A stretch of 64,000 bases of DNA, from assembly GCA_964016885.1 (NCBI GenBank), contig OZ024742.1, forward strand, positions 315,580,001-315,644,000. Reading direction: 5' to 3'. The first letter of the stretch is position 1. Every line of letters starts with the position of its first letter. The notes below the pieces were generated by a model that was not told the origin of the DNA, made no database searches, and worked only from the letters and a program-made list of their open reading frames with translations. Origin of the DNA: Eledone cirrhosa (Eukaryota). Shown piece after piece: positions 41,049-53,783 of the stretch. The position numbers were made by a program, and so were the translations under genes.

Positions 41049-43866
41049 TTGCGACGCCAATGACATGTCGATATGTAACACAAACTTTAAAAAACCCGAC
41101 AACCACCTGATCACCGATAGATCAGGGTAGCACTCTAGTCAGTTAGATTTTATCCTCATCAGAGGACGTGACAGATGGACGGTCGTAAACACAAAAGCCT
41201 TCCCTAGTGAGGAATGTACATCCCAACATAGCTTAGTTGTCAGCGACCTCACGGTCAGAACTAGCCGAACCCGGAAACAGAGGCCAACCTGGAGAATAAA
41301 GATCTGGAAGCTGAAAGTCCCCTCAACCAGTAACAGATTTAAAGATATTTTACTCAACGCCTACGACAGTAAAGAAAAACAGATAGAGACATTTAATGTA
41401 GAAGAGAACTGGGAGCTCCTAAAAAATAATTTACTAGAGGCGACGGATGAGGTCTGTGGCTAGAGTAAGACCTCAAGCAGGAGGAGAGTGACTTGGTGGT
41501 GGAACAATAAGGTAGATGAAGCAGTTAAGGCCAAGAGACAGGCATGGAAAGAATGGAAGAATGGGGGGGGGAGAGGGTACAGTACATAGAGACCAAGAGG
41601 GAAGCTAGGCGACAAGTATACTTAGCTAGGAGGGAAGCAGAGGATAGAAAATTCAAGCATGTTTTGCAACGTGAGGACCAGAAACAGGAGGTGTTCAAGA
41701 TTGCAAGGCAGTGTGTCAGAGAGAATTGTGATGTCATTGGAGAGAAGTGTATCCGGAATGATAAAGGTGAGCTTGCCCTTACAAGCGCTGAGAGGAAAGA
41801 TGCATGGAAGAGTCATTATGATAGATTACTAAATGAGGAGAATGCATGGGAAGAAGAGACCCTACCCAAGTAGACTCTATAGAGGGACCAGCATTACAAG
41901 TCAGCGGCAGCGTAGTAAGTAAGGCAATCAAAGATATGAAGATGGGGAAGGCAACCGGTCCATCGGGTATAGCTGCCGAGATGCTGAAGGCATCTGGGTC
42001 TGTAGGTCACACTATAACCACACGTATCGTTAACCAGGTAATACTAGTAATACTAAAAGGTGCCATACCAAAAGATTGGTGCAGTAGCATCATTGTCAAC
42101 TGCTACAAAGGTAAAGGCGATGCACTAGATAGAGGAAACTATAGAGGTATAAAGTTGATGGACCAGGTCATGAAAGTAACAGAAAGAGTTATAGCACAGC
42201 TGATTAGGGATCAGGTGAAAATAGACGAGATGCAATTTGGGTTTGTACCAGGAAGAGGCACCACTGATGCCCTCTTCCTTGTGAGGCAATTACAGGAAAA
42301 GTACCTAGCTAAAAGTAAGCCACTCTACTTGGCATTTGTCGACCTTGAGAAAGCCTTTGACAGAGTTCCACGTGCTGTAATCTGGTGGGCTCTTAGAAAA
42401 CTAGGAGTAGATGAATGGCTTGTGAAAGCGGTACAAGCCATGTATAGGGGAGCAGTCAGCAAAGTTAGGATTAGAAATGAGTATAGCGAGGAATTTAGCG
42501 TACAGGTTGGGGTCCACCAGGGCTCTGTTCTTAACCCCCTCCTGTTCATCATAGTCCTGCAGGCAATAACGGAGGAGTTTAAGACCGGATGCCCATGGGA
42601 ACTCCTGTATGCTGATGACCTCGCACTCATAGCTGAATCTATGGTAGAACTAGAGAATAAATTCCAAACTTGGAAGCAGGGACTAGAAAGAAGGGGTCTC
42701 AAAGTCAACATGACAAAGACTAAGCTCCTTGTAAGTAGACGAGAAAACAGAACCCAGATCCCCTCAGGGAAATGGCCTTGCTCATTATGTAGGAAAGGTG
42801 TAGGTAGGAACTCCATTCTCTGCCCCAAATGCAAACAATGGGTACACAAGAGATGTAGCGGGATCTCAGGAAGCTTAATTAAGAATGTAGGATTCACATG
42901 CACCAGCTGTGCTGAGACAGCAAGCAGCAAACAGCCACAGGAAACAAATACCACCAATCTCTGGGAGGGCCCTGTAGAAACAGTAGACAGCTTCTGCTAC
43001 CTAGGTGACCGAATTAGCAGCGGAGGTGGGTGTTCAGAAAGTACAATAACTAGGGTAAGAACGGGATGGAAGAAGTTTAGGGAACTACTACCACTGCTAG
43101 CTGCAAAAGGCTTCTCCCTCAGAATGAAAGGCAGACTGTATGATGCGTGTATCCGAACAGCAATGTTACATGGTAGTGAGACCTGGGCGCTGAAGGTGGA
43201 AGGCTTACGTAGATTAGAGAGAAACGAAGCCTGCATGCTCCGATGGATGTGTAACAGTAATATACGTGAACGACAAAGCATAAATGAATTGAGAGAGAGA
43301 CTGAGCATAAGAGGAATCAAATACTGTATGCAGGAGAGGCGGTTGCGCTGGTATGGACATGTGATGCGTATGAAGGATGACAGCTGCATAAAAAGGTGCA
43401 GAGCACTAGAAGTTGATGGAAACCGCGGAGTGGGGAGACCCAAGATGACCTGGGATGAGGTGATAAAAGCCGACCTTACCCAATTACACCTCTCAAAGAC
43501 AATGACACACGACCGCGACTTCTGGCGTCGCGCAGTAATACAGAGTACCCGACCTCCCATGGGTACAAGCTGAAGCATATAGACAATATGCCCCCACACC
43601 CCGCACCGCAAGGTGGTTGTGGAGGTGCCACGGCAAAAAAGCACCCAGCCCACACTGTAAAGTGAACGTGTAGGCGCCACGAAAAAGCACCCAGCACTCA
43701 CTGTAAATGAGGTTGGTGTTAGGAAGGGCATCCAGCTGTAGAAATCAAGCCAGATCAGTTCCTGTATGAGCAAGGCATGGTCAGCCGACCAGACACTGCC
43801 CACAACAGGACAACCCGTCTAACCCATGCTAGCGTGGAAGAACGGACGTAAAACGGTGATGATGAT
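41049..43866 (+). mobile_element. RTE-clade LINE family A, 5'-truncated (APE C-terminus, RT, 3' UTR, (GAT)n tail)
   Basis: APE end [30 protein letters not shown]; RT ORF below; stops at 41128 and 41461 plus frameshifts near 41570 and 41870. Confidence 0.95.
41846..43573 (+). pseudogene. RTE reverse transcriptase ORF remnant with embedded PHD-type finger
   Basis: NYRGIKL, QFGFVPGRGTTDA, FVDLEKAFDRV, GVHQGSVL, LLYADDL, FCYLG, RRLRWYGHVMRM, GRPKMTW. Confidence 0.93.
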
Positions 43867-44283
43867 GTATATATATATATGTATATACATATATGTATAT
43901 ATATATATGTATCTATATATATATATATGTATCTATATATATGTATCTATATATATATATATGTATCTATATATATGTATCTATATATATATATGTTTAT
44001 ATATATGTATCTATATATATATATATATGTATATATATATGTATCTATATGTATATATATATATATGTATCTATATATATATGTATATATATATGTATCT
44101 ATATATATATGTATATATATATGTATCTATATATATATATGTATATATGTATCTATATATATATATGTATCTATATATATATATATGTATATATATATGT
44201 ATCTATATACATATGTATCTATATATACGTATATATGTATCTATATATACGTATATATGTATCTATATATACGTATATATGTA

Positions 44284-44318
<35 letters not shown>

Positions 44319-44423
44319 CTATCTATATATATATATATATATGTATCTATATATATATATGTATCTATATATATATATATATATATGTATCTATATATAT
44401 ATATATATATGTATCTATATGTA

Positions 44424-44458
<35 letters not shown>

Positions 44459-44510
44459 CTATATATATATATATATATGTATCTATATATATATATATGT
44501 ATCTATATAT
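43867..44510. repeat. (TA)nTGTATC microsatellite array
   Basis: Directly visible; the same unit occurs at 45477-45610, 47772-48015, 48728-48950 and 54703-55403. Confidence 0.95.
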
Positions 44511-45476
44511 ATCATCATCATCATCATCAGGTTTAGCGTCCGTGTTCCACGCTTGCATGGGTTTGGACGGGGGTTTTCCCACTTGAGGCAAGAGTGGTTG
44601 TCTTGCTCGCATAGGACTGTCTGGCGGGTTTTCTACAGTTGGATGCCCTTCCTAACACCAACCACATTTACAGTGTGGGGCTGGGAGGTTTTTACCGTGT
44701 TGCCTACACGGCCACATTACAGCGTGGACTGTCTGGCGGGTTTTCTACAGCTGGATGCCCTTCCTAACACCAACCACATTTACAGTGTGGGGCTGGGAGG
44801 TTTTTACCGTGTTGCCTACACGGCCACATTTACAGCGTGGACTGTGTGTTTTTTGTCGTGACACCTACACGATCTCATTTGTTTCGGCCTGGATGTTGTG
44901 GGACCAACATAACTTTACATTGAAAGGGGCGGTGTGGAGGGACGGGGGTGTGTTTTGATAGAGGTGCCTACTGACTGTAGTAGGTTTTTACTTTGTATTT
45001 TGGTAAGGCGGGTCTTCTCTATTACTGAGTACCGCCAAACGTCTCGGTCCAGTGACATTGTCTTGGAGAGGTGTAAGCGTGTGAGGTCGGAATTTATCAG
45101 CTCGTCCCATGTTTTTCTGGGTCTGCCTACTCCGTGGCTACCGTCTATCTTTATTGCCCTGCACTTTGTTATACAGCTGTCGTCTTTCATGCGCATCATG
45201 TGACCGTACCAACGTAGCCTTCTCTCGAGTAAACAACATCTGATCCCTCTTATTTCTAATTTTTTCCTTAGTTCGTTTATGCTTTGCCGTTCACGTATAT
45301 TACTATTGCACATCCAGCGGAGCATGCAAGCTTCGTTCCTCTCTAGTCTGCGTATATCCTCTGCACACAATGCCCAGGTCTCACTGCCATGCAGCATTGC
45401 TGTTCGTATGCAGGCATCGTATAACCTGCCTTTCATTTTTAGGGAGAACCTTCTAGCGGCTAATAGTGGTATAAGC
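44511..45476 (-). mobile_element. RTE LINE family B 3' fragment with a 112-bp duplication in the 3' UTR
   Basis: ORF 44915-45478 (KGRLYDACIRTAMLHGSETW..RRLRWYGH); (CAT)n tail at 44511; 44614-44725 repeated at 44726-44838. Confidence 0.95.
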
Positions 45477-45515
45477 ATATATATATATATATGTATCTAT
45501 ATATATATATATGTA

Positions 45516-45552
<37 letters not shown>

Positions 45553-45565
45553 CTATATATATGTA

Positions 45566-45600
<35 letters not shown>

Positions 45601-45610
45601 CTATATATAT

Positions 45611-47771
45611 AAGGTAGCTTGGAAGTGTCCACTATGAAAGGCTACTAAATGAGGAGAATAATTGGGAGAAAGGCAGTCTCACCCATATCGACCCAATAGA
45701 GGGACCAGCAGTGTTAGTCGAGGGGAGTATAATAAGTAAGGCAATCAAGGATATGAAGACGGGTAAGGCGGCTGGGCCTTCGGAAATAGTTGCTGAGATG
45801 CTGAAGGCATCTGGCACGGTGGGACACACCATGGTCACCCGCATATTTAACCAAGTCGTACAGAATGGGGTTGTTCCGAAGGACTGGCATAGCAGCATCA
45901 TCGTTAACTGTTATAAGGGTAAAGGAGACGCCCTAGATAGGAGTAACTATAGAGGCATTAAATTAATCGACCAGGTCATGAAGGTCACGGAAAAAGTAAT
46001 AGCGCAACTAATCAGAGAGAGAATTGACCTAGATGAAATGCAGTTCGGGTTTGTGTCAGGCAAAAGTACCACAGACGCTCTTTTCATAGTACGACAACTA
46101 CAGGAGAAGTACCTAGCTAAAGGTAAACCCCTCTACTTAGCTTTTGTCGACTTGGAGAAAGCCTTCGACAGAGTCCCCCGCTCCATTATCTGGTGGGCTC
46201 TTAGAAAACTAGGCGTTGACGAATGGCTTGTGAGGGCTATACAAGCCATGTATAAAGAAACAGTCAGCAAGGTTAGAATTAACAACGAATATAGTGAAGA
46301 GTTTAGCGTAAAAGTTGGCGTCCATCAGGGCTCTGTTCTCAGCCCACTACTATTTATTATTGCCCTTCAGGCTATAACAGAGGAGTTCAAGACAGGCTGC
46401 CCATGGGAACTCCTATACGCAGACGACCTGACACTCATAGCGGAATCAATGGCCGAGCTAGAGAAGAAATTCCAAACATGGAAGCACGGCCTAGAATCAA
46501 AAGGCCTTAAAATTAACCTGGCTAAGACTAAAGTTCTAGTTTGTAGGAAAGAAAACAAGGCGGCGGTCCCTTCTGGGAAATGGTCGTGCTCGGTGTGTAG
46601 GAAAGGCGTAGGTAGAAACTCCATTTTATGTCCTAAATGCAAAGTATGGGTGCATAAAAGATGTAGTGGGATCACAGGTAAGCTAACTAAGAACATAGAT
46701 TTTACATGTGGCCGGTGCTCTGGTGCAATAAGTAGCAGCAAGTGCCCACAAACTACTAGCTCTTTCAATTGCGCAGAGGGTTCTATAGAAATAGTGGACA
46801 GCTTCCGTTACCTGGGCGATAAAATCAGCAGTGGGGGAGGGTGCTCTGAAAGTACTGTAGCTAGAGTCAGAACTGGTTGGAAAAAGTTCAGAGAGCTTAT
46901 ACCACTATTAGCTGCTAAAGGGTTCTCACTAAAAATGAAAGGCAGGTTGTACGATGCCTGCATACGAACAGCAATGCTGCATGGCAGTGAGACCTGGGCA
47001 TTGTGTGCAGAGGATATACGCAGACTAGAGAGGAACGAAGCTTGCATGCTCCGCTGGATGTGTAACAGTAATATACGTGAACGGCAAAGCATAAACGAAC
47101 TAAGGAAAAAATTAGAGATAAGAGGGATCAGATGTTGTTTGCTCGAGAGAAGGCTACGTTGGTATGGACACGTGATGCGCATGAAAGTCGATAGCTGTAT
47201 AACAAAGTGCAGGGCAATAAAGATAGACGGTAGTCACGGAATAGGCAGACCTAGAAAAACCTGGGACGAGCTGATAAACTCCGACATCACACACTTACAC
47301 CTCTCCAAGACAATGTCACTGGACCGAGACCTTTGGCGGTACTCAGTAACAGAGAAGACCCGCCTTACCTAAATATATAGTAAAACCTACTCCAGCCAGT
47401 AGGCATCTCTAACAAAATACACCCCGTCCCACCACCCCCGCCCCCACCCCATCCACACCACCCCGTTCTATGTAAAGTTATGTTGGTGCCGCGCCATCGA
47501 GGCCGAAACAAATGAGATCGTGTAGGTGTCACGACAAAAAAACACACAGTCCACGCTGTAATGTGGCCGTGTAGGCAACACGGTAAAAACCTCCCAGACC
47601 CACACTGTAAATGTGGTTGGTGTTAGGAAGGGCATCCAACTGTAGAAAACCTGCCAGACAGTCCTATGCGAGCAAGACAATCACTCTTGCCTCAAGTGGG
47701 ACTACCCCCGTCCAAACCCATGCAAGCGTGGAACACGGACGTTAAACGTTGATGATGATGATGATGATGAT
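45611..47771 (+). mobile_element. RTE LINE family B, 5'-truncated, RT intact to the stop, (GAT)n tail
   Basis: ORF 45711-47372 plus 3' UTR homologous to the other family B copies. Confidence 0.96.
45711..47372 (+). CDS. RTE reverse transcriptase (uninterrupted RT plus PHD-type finger; N-terminal endonuclease missing)
   Basis: QFGFVSGKSTTDA, FVDLEKAFDRV, GVHQGSVLSPLLF, LLYADDL, C4HC3 motif, FRYLG. Confidence 0.88.
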   Translation: MLVEGSIISKAIKDMKTGKAAGPSEIVAEMLKASGTVGHTMVTRIFNQVVQNGVVPKDWHSSIIVNCYKGKGDALDRSNYRGIKLIDQVMKVTEKVIAQLIRERIDLDEMQFGFVSGKSTTDALFIVRQLQEKYLAKGKPLYLAFVDLEKAFDRVPRSIIWWALRKLGVDEWLVRAIQAMYKETVSKVRINNEYSEEFSVKVGVHQGSVLSPLLFIIALQAITEEFKTGCPWELLYADDLTLIAESMAELEKKFQTWKHGLESKGLKINLAKTKVLVCRKENKAAVPSGKWSCSVCRKGVGRNSILCPKCKVWVHKRCSGITGKLTKNIDFTCGRCSGAISSSKCPQTTSSFNCAEGSIEIVDSFRYLGDKISSGGGCSESTVARVRTGWKKFRELIPLLAAKGFSLKMKGRLYDACIRTAMLHGSETWALCAEDIRRLERNEACMLRWMCNSNIRERQSINELRKKLEIRGIRCCLLERRLRWYGHVMRMKVDSCITKCRAIKIDGSHGIGRPRKTWDELINSDITHLHLSKTMSLDRDLWRYSVTEKTRLT

Positions 47772-47964
47772 GTATCTATATATATATATATATATGTATC
47801 TATATATATGTATCTATATATATGTATCTATATATATGTATCTATATATATGTATCTATATATATGTATCTATATATATGTATCTATATATATATATATA
47901 TATATATTTATCTATATATATATATATATATGTATCTATATATATATATATATATATATATGTA

Positions 47965-47999
<35 letters not shown>

Positions 48000-48015
48000 C
48001 TATATATATATATAT

Positions 48016-48727
48016 AAAGCAGCAAAGTTGACATGGCCCTGAGAATGTGTTCCTGGATCCTCAGAACCTTCCAGTCGAGAGATTCCCACACCATTATCCT
48101 TCTCTTCTCTACTTTTGCCCGACCACACCTTGAATACTGTTGTCCACTGTGGTCTCCCCACACGAAACAAAGTATCATGAAACTTGAAGCTCCTCAAAGG
48201 GCAATCACGAAAAAGATAGATGGCATGTCAGACCTTGACTACTGGGGTCGATTAGAAAACCTGAAACTTTACTCACTCCAACGTCGCCGTGAGCGTTATA
48301 TTATCTGCATGATGTGGAAAATGTTCCATCATCACTGCACAAATGATGTTGGCATCGCCTTAAAAGATACACCCAAGGCTTGGGCCCCGTGCTATCCGTC
48401 CCATTCAAAAATCTAAATCGCAACTCATAACAACAATACGGCACAATTATTTCACCTCAATCGGCCCTGCTCTCTTCAACATCACACCAGGACACGTCAA
48501 AACAGAAACTGACCACACAAAATTCAAGAAGTCTTTGGACAAATTCCTCCAAGTAATCCCGGACAAACCACCCACACCCGGATATGTCTCCGCAAACAGT
48601 AATTCTCTTCTCGAATGGGCCATGGTGCCCAAATCCTGAATTGAAAGACTTCGCCAGGTGGTGCTATTAAGTTAGACATGGCCTGGGCCAATACTGGCCA
48701 AAACATTTCAAAGTTATTCAAAGTTAT
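48016..48727 (+). mobile_element. CR1-clade LINE 3' fragment
   Basis: RPHLEYCCPLWSP..LEAPQR..LENLKLYSLQRRRERY; tail TTCAAAGTTA x2; related to 58545-59020. Confidence 0.88.
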
Positions 48728-48756
48728 ATATGTATCTATATATATATATATATGTA

Positions 48757-48795
<39 letters not shown>

Positions 48796-48884
48796 CTATA
48801 TATATGTAGCTATATATATGTATCTATATATATATATATGTATCTATATATATATATATGTATCTATATATATATATGTATCTC

Positions 48885-48918
<34 letters not shown>

Positions 48919-49001
48919 TATATGTATCTATATATATATATATATGTATCTAAAATAAAGTTAAATAAAAGTCAAATGATTAAAATTTAGCTTCGTTTAT
49001 T

Positions 49002-49056
49002 ACTGCTATATATATTTCAGTGACAGCCATCTTTGGCTGTGACCTCTTCAGGCAGT
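49002..49056 (-). ncRNA. Type I hammerhead ribozyme, left copy
   Basis: Exact reverse complement of 54502-54556. Confidence 0.85.
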
Positions 49057-50249
49057 TTGAATTAGTATGGTATAGACAAGTACATATGTTGTTTAGGTGT
49101 ATGATATTGTCAATACTCTGATATGCCCAGTTCCTTGTTGGGTTGTTAATTCACTGGGGAACTGGAGTCATATGAATTCAAACAAACGAATTTTAGTGTC
49201 ACAGGTCCCCTTCTCCTCTCATTGGTCAGTTATTAGTGTTGTCATTGTTGGAGTTAGCTTAAAAATTGATAAAATGGTAGAAGGGACAAGGTGTTGAAGG
49301 AACAAAATATCAAAAAATGTGTCAAACTTCCCATTGTTCAGTTCTGAGAGCATTCCTCCGTCAGAAGTCTATAGAATTCTTTCTGGGGTGAGGCTCCCTG
49401 TAGTGTTTATGCCTGCTATTGTTCAGTACATTTGACCTCGACCATTATTTTGGTACTGTTGTTGTTGTAGTGGTCAGCTTATATCTTGCTGTTGCTAACA
49501 GTTTAGAAGTATTCAGTTTGTGTTTTCTCTTCATCCCACCCGCCACCATCGTAGTGGTGGTGGCGGGGGGGGGGGGGTTATTTCATGTATATGAAGAAAT
49601 ATAAGGCAATAAATGAAGAAAACAGAAGATAAATAAATAATATAATAAAATAAAATAATTAATATAATTTGTGTAATTTGAAAATAAATAAATAAATAGA
49701 GAATAAAGAATAAAGAGTAAATGAGAGATTGGTGAAAAAGTAATGATAATGTATATGGAGAAGTGAGAAATAATGTAGGATAAAGTGTGTGTGTGTGTGT
49801 GCTATAACCAATCTCAAGGTCAGAATATGTTGGATAGATTGGTATGATACAAGATGTTAAGATGAGATATTCAATGTGTTTGTGTTATAATCTATCTCAA
49901 CTTAAAATAAATATAAATATAAGGTTATACAGTGAAGAGGGCAGAAAACAAATAACAAATTAATATAGAGAAATCAAGATTTAAGATTGGAACTTTAAAG
50001 TCAGAAATCTGGTAAATTAAAAGTGTTTGTGTTATAGATGTTGGCCAGATTATTATGGCTGTGTCCGATTCTGTCTCTAGGCTATCATGGTGTCTGCTCC
50101 GCCTGGGTTGTTCCCTATGGCTTGAGGGGAGTTCACAACCTAGGGTGTTGTAATTGTCCATATAGCTTGAGGGAGGTCTGGCCGAGAGGTGTTTTCATGT
50201 TCTGTAGAAGTCCCTATAGCTTGAGGGGAGTTCACATCTTCTTGTGTTG

Positions 50250-52520
50250 CTACTGTCCATATATTTTGAGAAAGGTCCCGGCTCTAAGGTGTCTGCATGT
50301 CCCGAAGAAGTCGGTTCTGAGGTTTATCAGGCCGCTTCCACCTCTTAGTATCTCGAGGGTCTCGTTCAGGCATAGTTTGCATATGCAAGATCCCCCTTTA
50401 TCGGGTGGTACTTTCCTGATTATGTACCAGGCCAGAGAGTATGGGGTCCTGTCCAGCTTAAGCTTCCAGATCAGGTCGGAGAGAGCTGTGCTTTTCCTTT
50501 TGGCCTCCTTCTTGAATGAATGGCGATGGTTGTACCAGCGGTCCTTAAAGCTCGTTGATGTGGCTCCTATGTAGAGGTGTTCGGAGTTGGGGGTTTTAAC
50601 CCTACAACCGTACACTATGTTCTTCTTGAGACATTCATTACCAAGGGGGCATGATTCGGGGTTTCTACAGTTGCAGAGGGTGGGCGGCCTCTGCGTGCTT
50701 AGATTAGGGTTCTCATTATGTGTTACATGTGGTCTTCCCCCATGCTCGGTGGGGGGTCCTTGGGTCTGTTTGTGTTTCTTGGGTGGGCTCTGGGTCCCCC
50801 CTTTCCTCCTTTCACATGGTTCTGCTGAGTGTTTGTATTGCCATCTTCTGGTTGTGTGTGGTTTTTAAGCCTCCTTCTGTTGATGCTAGCTATGTGTTGG
50901 GCCAAATTTCTCGTGGTGGAATACGAGAGCTTCACAGTGTGTCTGTTGAAGATCCTGTGGTATCCGTGGTCCCTCGGGAAGCATTTGTCAAGTGCTCCAA
51001 AGAACAATTGGGCCAAGCTTTTCTTTAGGGCCGCTGAGTAGGGTGGGTTGTACCACGTGATTTGTCGGTGTCTCCTATATGTGTGGGTTGGGGGCTTCGT
51101 GATTTGTTGGAGATTTGTTGGTTTGCTGGTGGTTTCCGCACTGTTGCTTCCCTTTTGGGCTCTATACTTTCTGTTATCTTCACGGTCCGGATTTGTGGGG
51201 TGGTTGTTGTCTGCCCCGGGAGATCCATCGTGGGGTGGACGCCCGTTTCCTCCCCCCCCACGTGTCCTGCGGTTGGGGTTGTCCGTCCTGGGGTAGTTAG
51301 CATCACGCCTGAGACTGCTACTCATATTGTGCTCCATCTCGTGGTCAAGCGCACTAGTCCCCGCCGCCCGTGTGGTGGTGTCTGGTACATGGTGCTTATT
51401 TGATTTTGCTCTGCCTGTATTGTTAGGATTCGCCCTCCCCCTCTGGTAACGCGGTTGTGGGTGTCTGTTGGGCTATCCACCTCCCGGCTTTTCGGACTAT
51501 ATGTTATATTTTGTCCATGTGCCGCCTTCTTTAGAGCTGCGTTGTAATATTCCGCGTGGTTGTTGAATATTTCCTTACTTGCGGACAGGCTGGAGATCCT
51601 GTCCGAGACACTCTTCACCACTGCCTTGGTTATGGATCTAGGGTGGTTTGATTTGGCGTTAACATATACTAGTTTCTCGTTGGGCTTGTGGTTGGGGTAG
51701 TATTGCTCGGTGTTCAGGTTTAGGGTGGTATCTAGGAAGTTAACTACCTTCCTATTTGGGTCTATTTCTATGCTGAGCCCCTGGTTCTTAAAGAAATGGC
51801 GAATACGCCTCCTCATACCCTCCAACATATTGGTGCTGTGGTCATGTACTGTGAATAGAGCATCGTCACGATATAATCCGCCGCCCAGGCAGGGGATTTC
51901 ATCTTTTATCTGCTTCAGCAGGTAGAGCCCAACCAGGTCCGTTACCTGCGCTGAGTCGCTGGAGCCCATCGTGATGTCAAAGTTATTTGGCCAATCACTC
52001 CTGGTCCACAGGTCTCCATCGAAGCGGATTAAGGTCTTTCTTGCGGCGTGGATGATGCTCACCTCCTCTCGGGTTAGGTCCGTATTGGACATCGCTAAAA
52101 ATAGGGCCTTATTAAGTACTATGGGTGAGATTGAGGAGTAGTAGCTTGCGATGTCCAGTTGTATAAAGCTGGTCCTACTTTTCTCCTGCAGTATTTTGAA
52201 CCATTCTATTACTTCTCTCGTGCATGACCATTGCTGTAATTTGGTTTTTTTCCGAAGCTTGGGCAAAATCCTATCCAGTATTCTTTTACTGACGATCCCT
52301 AGGTCAGATCTGGAGGGGGCTATTAGTCTGACAGGGAGGTCGGACTCAAAGTTTGACTTGTGGTCTTTAAGGGTAATCCGCGGCTCCCTTGGTTGGTATG
52401 GGGCCGTCCTGTCCTCTATGCCGATTCTGGATATAATCCTGTAAGCTGTGGCATTGATCTCATCCAGGGTAAATCCAGGTGTTTTTTTGTAGCACTTCCT
52501 CAGTTCCCTGAGGAAGTGCT
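50250..52520 (-). pseudogene. Penelope-like RT/GIY-YIG ORF broken by frameshifts into 51322-52266, 50723-51337 and 50250-50615
   Basis: Three collinear minus-strand ORFs in the domain order RT, linker, endonuclease. Confidence 0.9.
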
Positions 52521-53593
52521 ACATATATATATATATATGTAACACATAATGATATATATATATATGTAACACATAATGCTACATATATATATATATATAT
52601 ATGTATCTCTATATATATATATATGTAACACATAATGAGAACCCTAATCTAAGCACGCAGAGGCCGCCCACCCTCTGCAACTGTAGAAACCCCGAATCAT
52701 GCCCCCTTGGTAATGAATGTCTCAAGAAGAACATAGTGTACGGTTGTAGGGTTAAAACCCCCAACTCCGAACACCTCTACATAGGAGCCACATCAACAAG
52801 CTTTAAGGACCGCTGGTACAACCATCGCCATTCATTCAAGAAGGAGGCCAAAAGGAAAAGCACAGCTCTCTCCGACCTGATCTGGAAGCTTAAGCTGGAC
52901 AGGACCCCATACTCTCTGGCCTGGTACATAATCAGGAAAGTACCACCCGATAAAGGGGGATCTTGCATATGCAAACTATGCCTGAACGAGACCCTCGAGA
53001 TACTAAGAGGTGGAAGCGGCCTGATAAACCTCAGAACCGACTTCTTCGGGACATGCAGACACCTTAGAGCCGGGACCTTTCTCAAAATATATGGACAGTA
53101 GCAACACAAGAAGATGTGAACTCCCCTCAAGCTATAGGGACTTCTACAGAACATGAAAACACCTCTCGGCCAGACCTCCCTCAAGCTATATGGACAATTA
53201 CAACACCCTAGGTTGTGAACTCCCCTCAAGCCATAGGGAACAACCCAGGCGGAGCAGACACCATGATAGCCTAGAGACAGAATCGGACACAGCCATAATA
53301 ATCTGGCCAACATCTATAACACAAACACTTTTAATTTACCAGATTTCTGACTTTAAAGTTCCAATCTTAAATCTTGATTTCTCTATATTAATTTGTTATT
53401 TGTTTTCTGCCCTCTTCACTGTATAACCTTATATTTATATTTATTTTAAGTTGAGATAGATTATAACACAAACACATTGAATATCTCATCTTAACATCTT
53501 GTATCATACCAATCTATCCAACATATTCTGACCTTGAGATTGGTTATAGCACACACACACACACACTTTATCCTACATTATTTCTCACTTCTC

Positions 53594-53783
53594 TATGGCC
53601 AGTGGATTGGCAGTATCGGTAGAGGGTCGGACGCCATGCTTTGACGCATAGAGTTACGGGCCTTGCCATTCTGAGTTCAAATCCCGCCGAGGTTAACTTT
53701 GCCTTTCATCCTTATGGGGTCGATAAAATAAAGTACCAGTAATACACTGGGTAATTGCTGGCCTTGTGCCAAAAGTAGAAACA
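53594..53783 (+). mobile_element. Young full-length SINE family 1 with 17-bp TSD
   Basis: TSD ATTATTTCTCACTTCTC at 53577-53593 and 53784-53800; the empty site is present in the left arm at about 49758-49774. Confidence 0.95.

Larger units (their letters stand above)
48951..52522 (-). mobile_element. Penelope-like retroelement, 5'-truncated (RT, linker, GIY-YIG endonuclease, long 3' region, hammerhead)
   Basis: RT motifs QLDIASYYSSI, ITMGSSDSAQVTDLVG, LYRDD, VNFLDTTL, YVNAKSNHP; ITWYNPPYS linker; CNCR..CPL..IVY..YIGAT..FKDRWYNH. Confidence 0.93.

Noticed and set aside
42325-43803. Antisense ORFs of 210 and 268 aa, and similar ones at 46367-47182, 50038-50574, 52777-53313 and 63177-63677
   Set aside because: Shadow frames opposite retroelement coding sequence with no independent motifs.
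44614-44838. Regularly spaced direct repeats that might suggest a CRISPR-like array
   Set aside because: A tandem duplication in the RTE 3' UTR with no unique spacers, in eukaryotic DNA with no cas genes.
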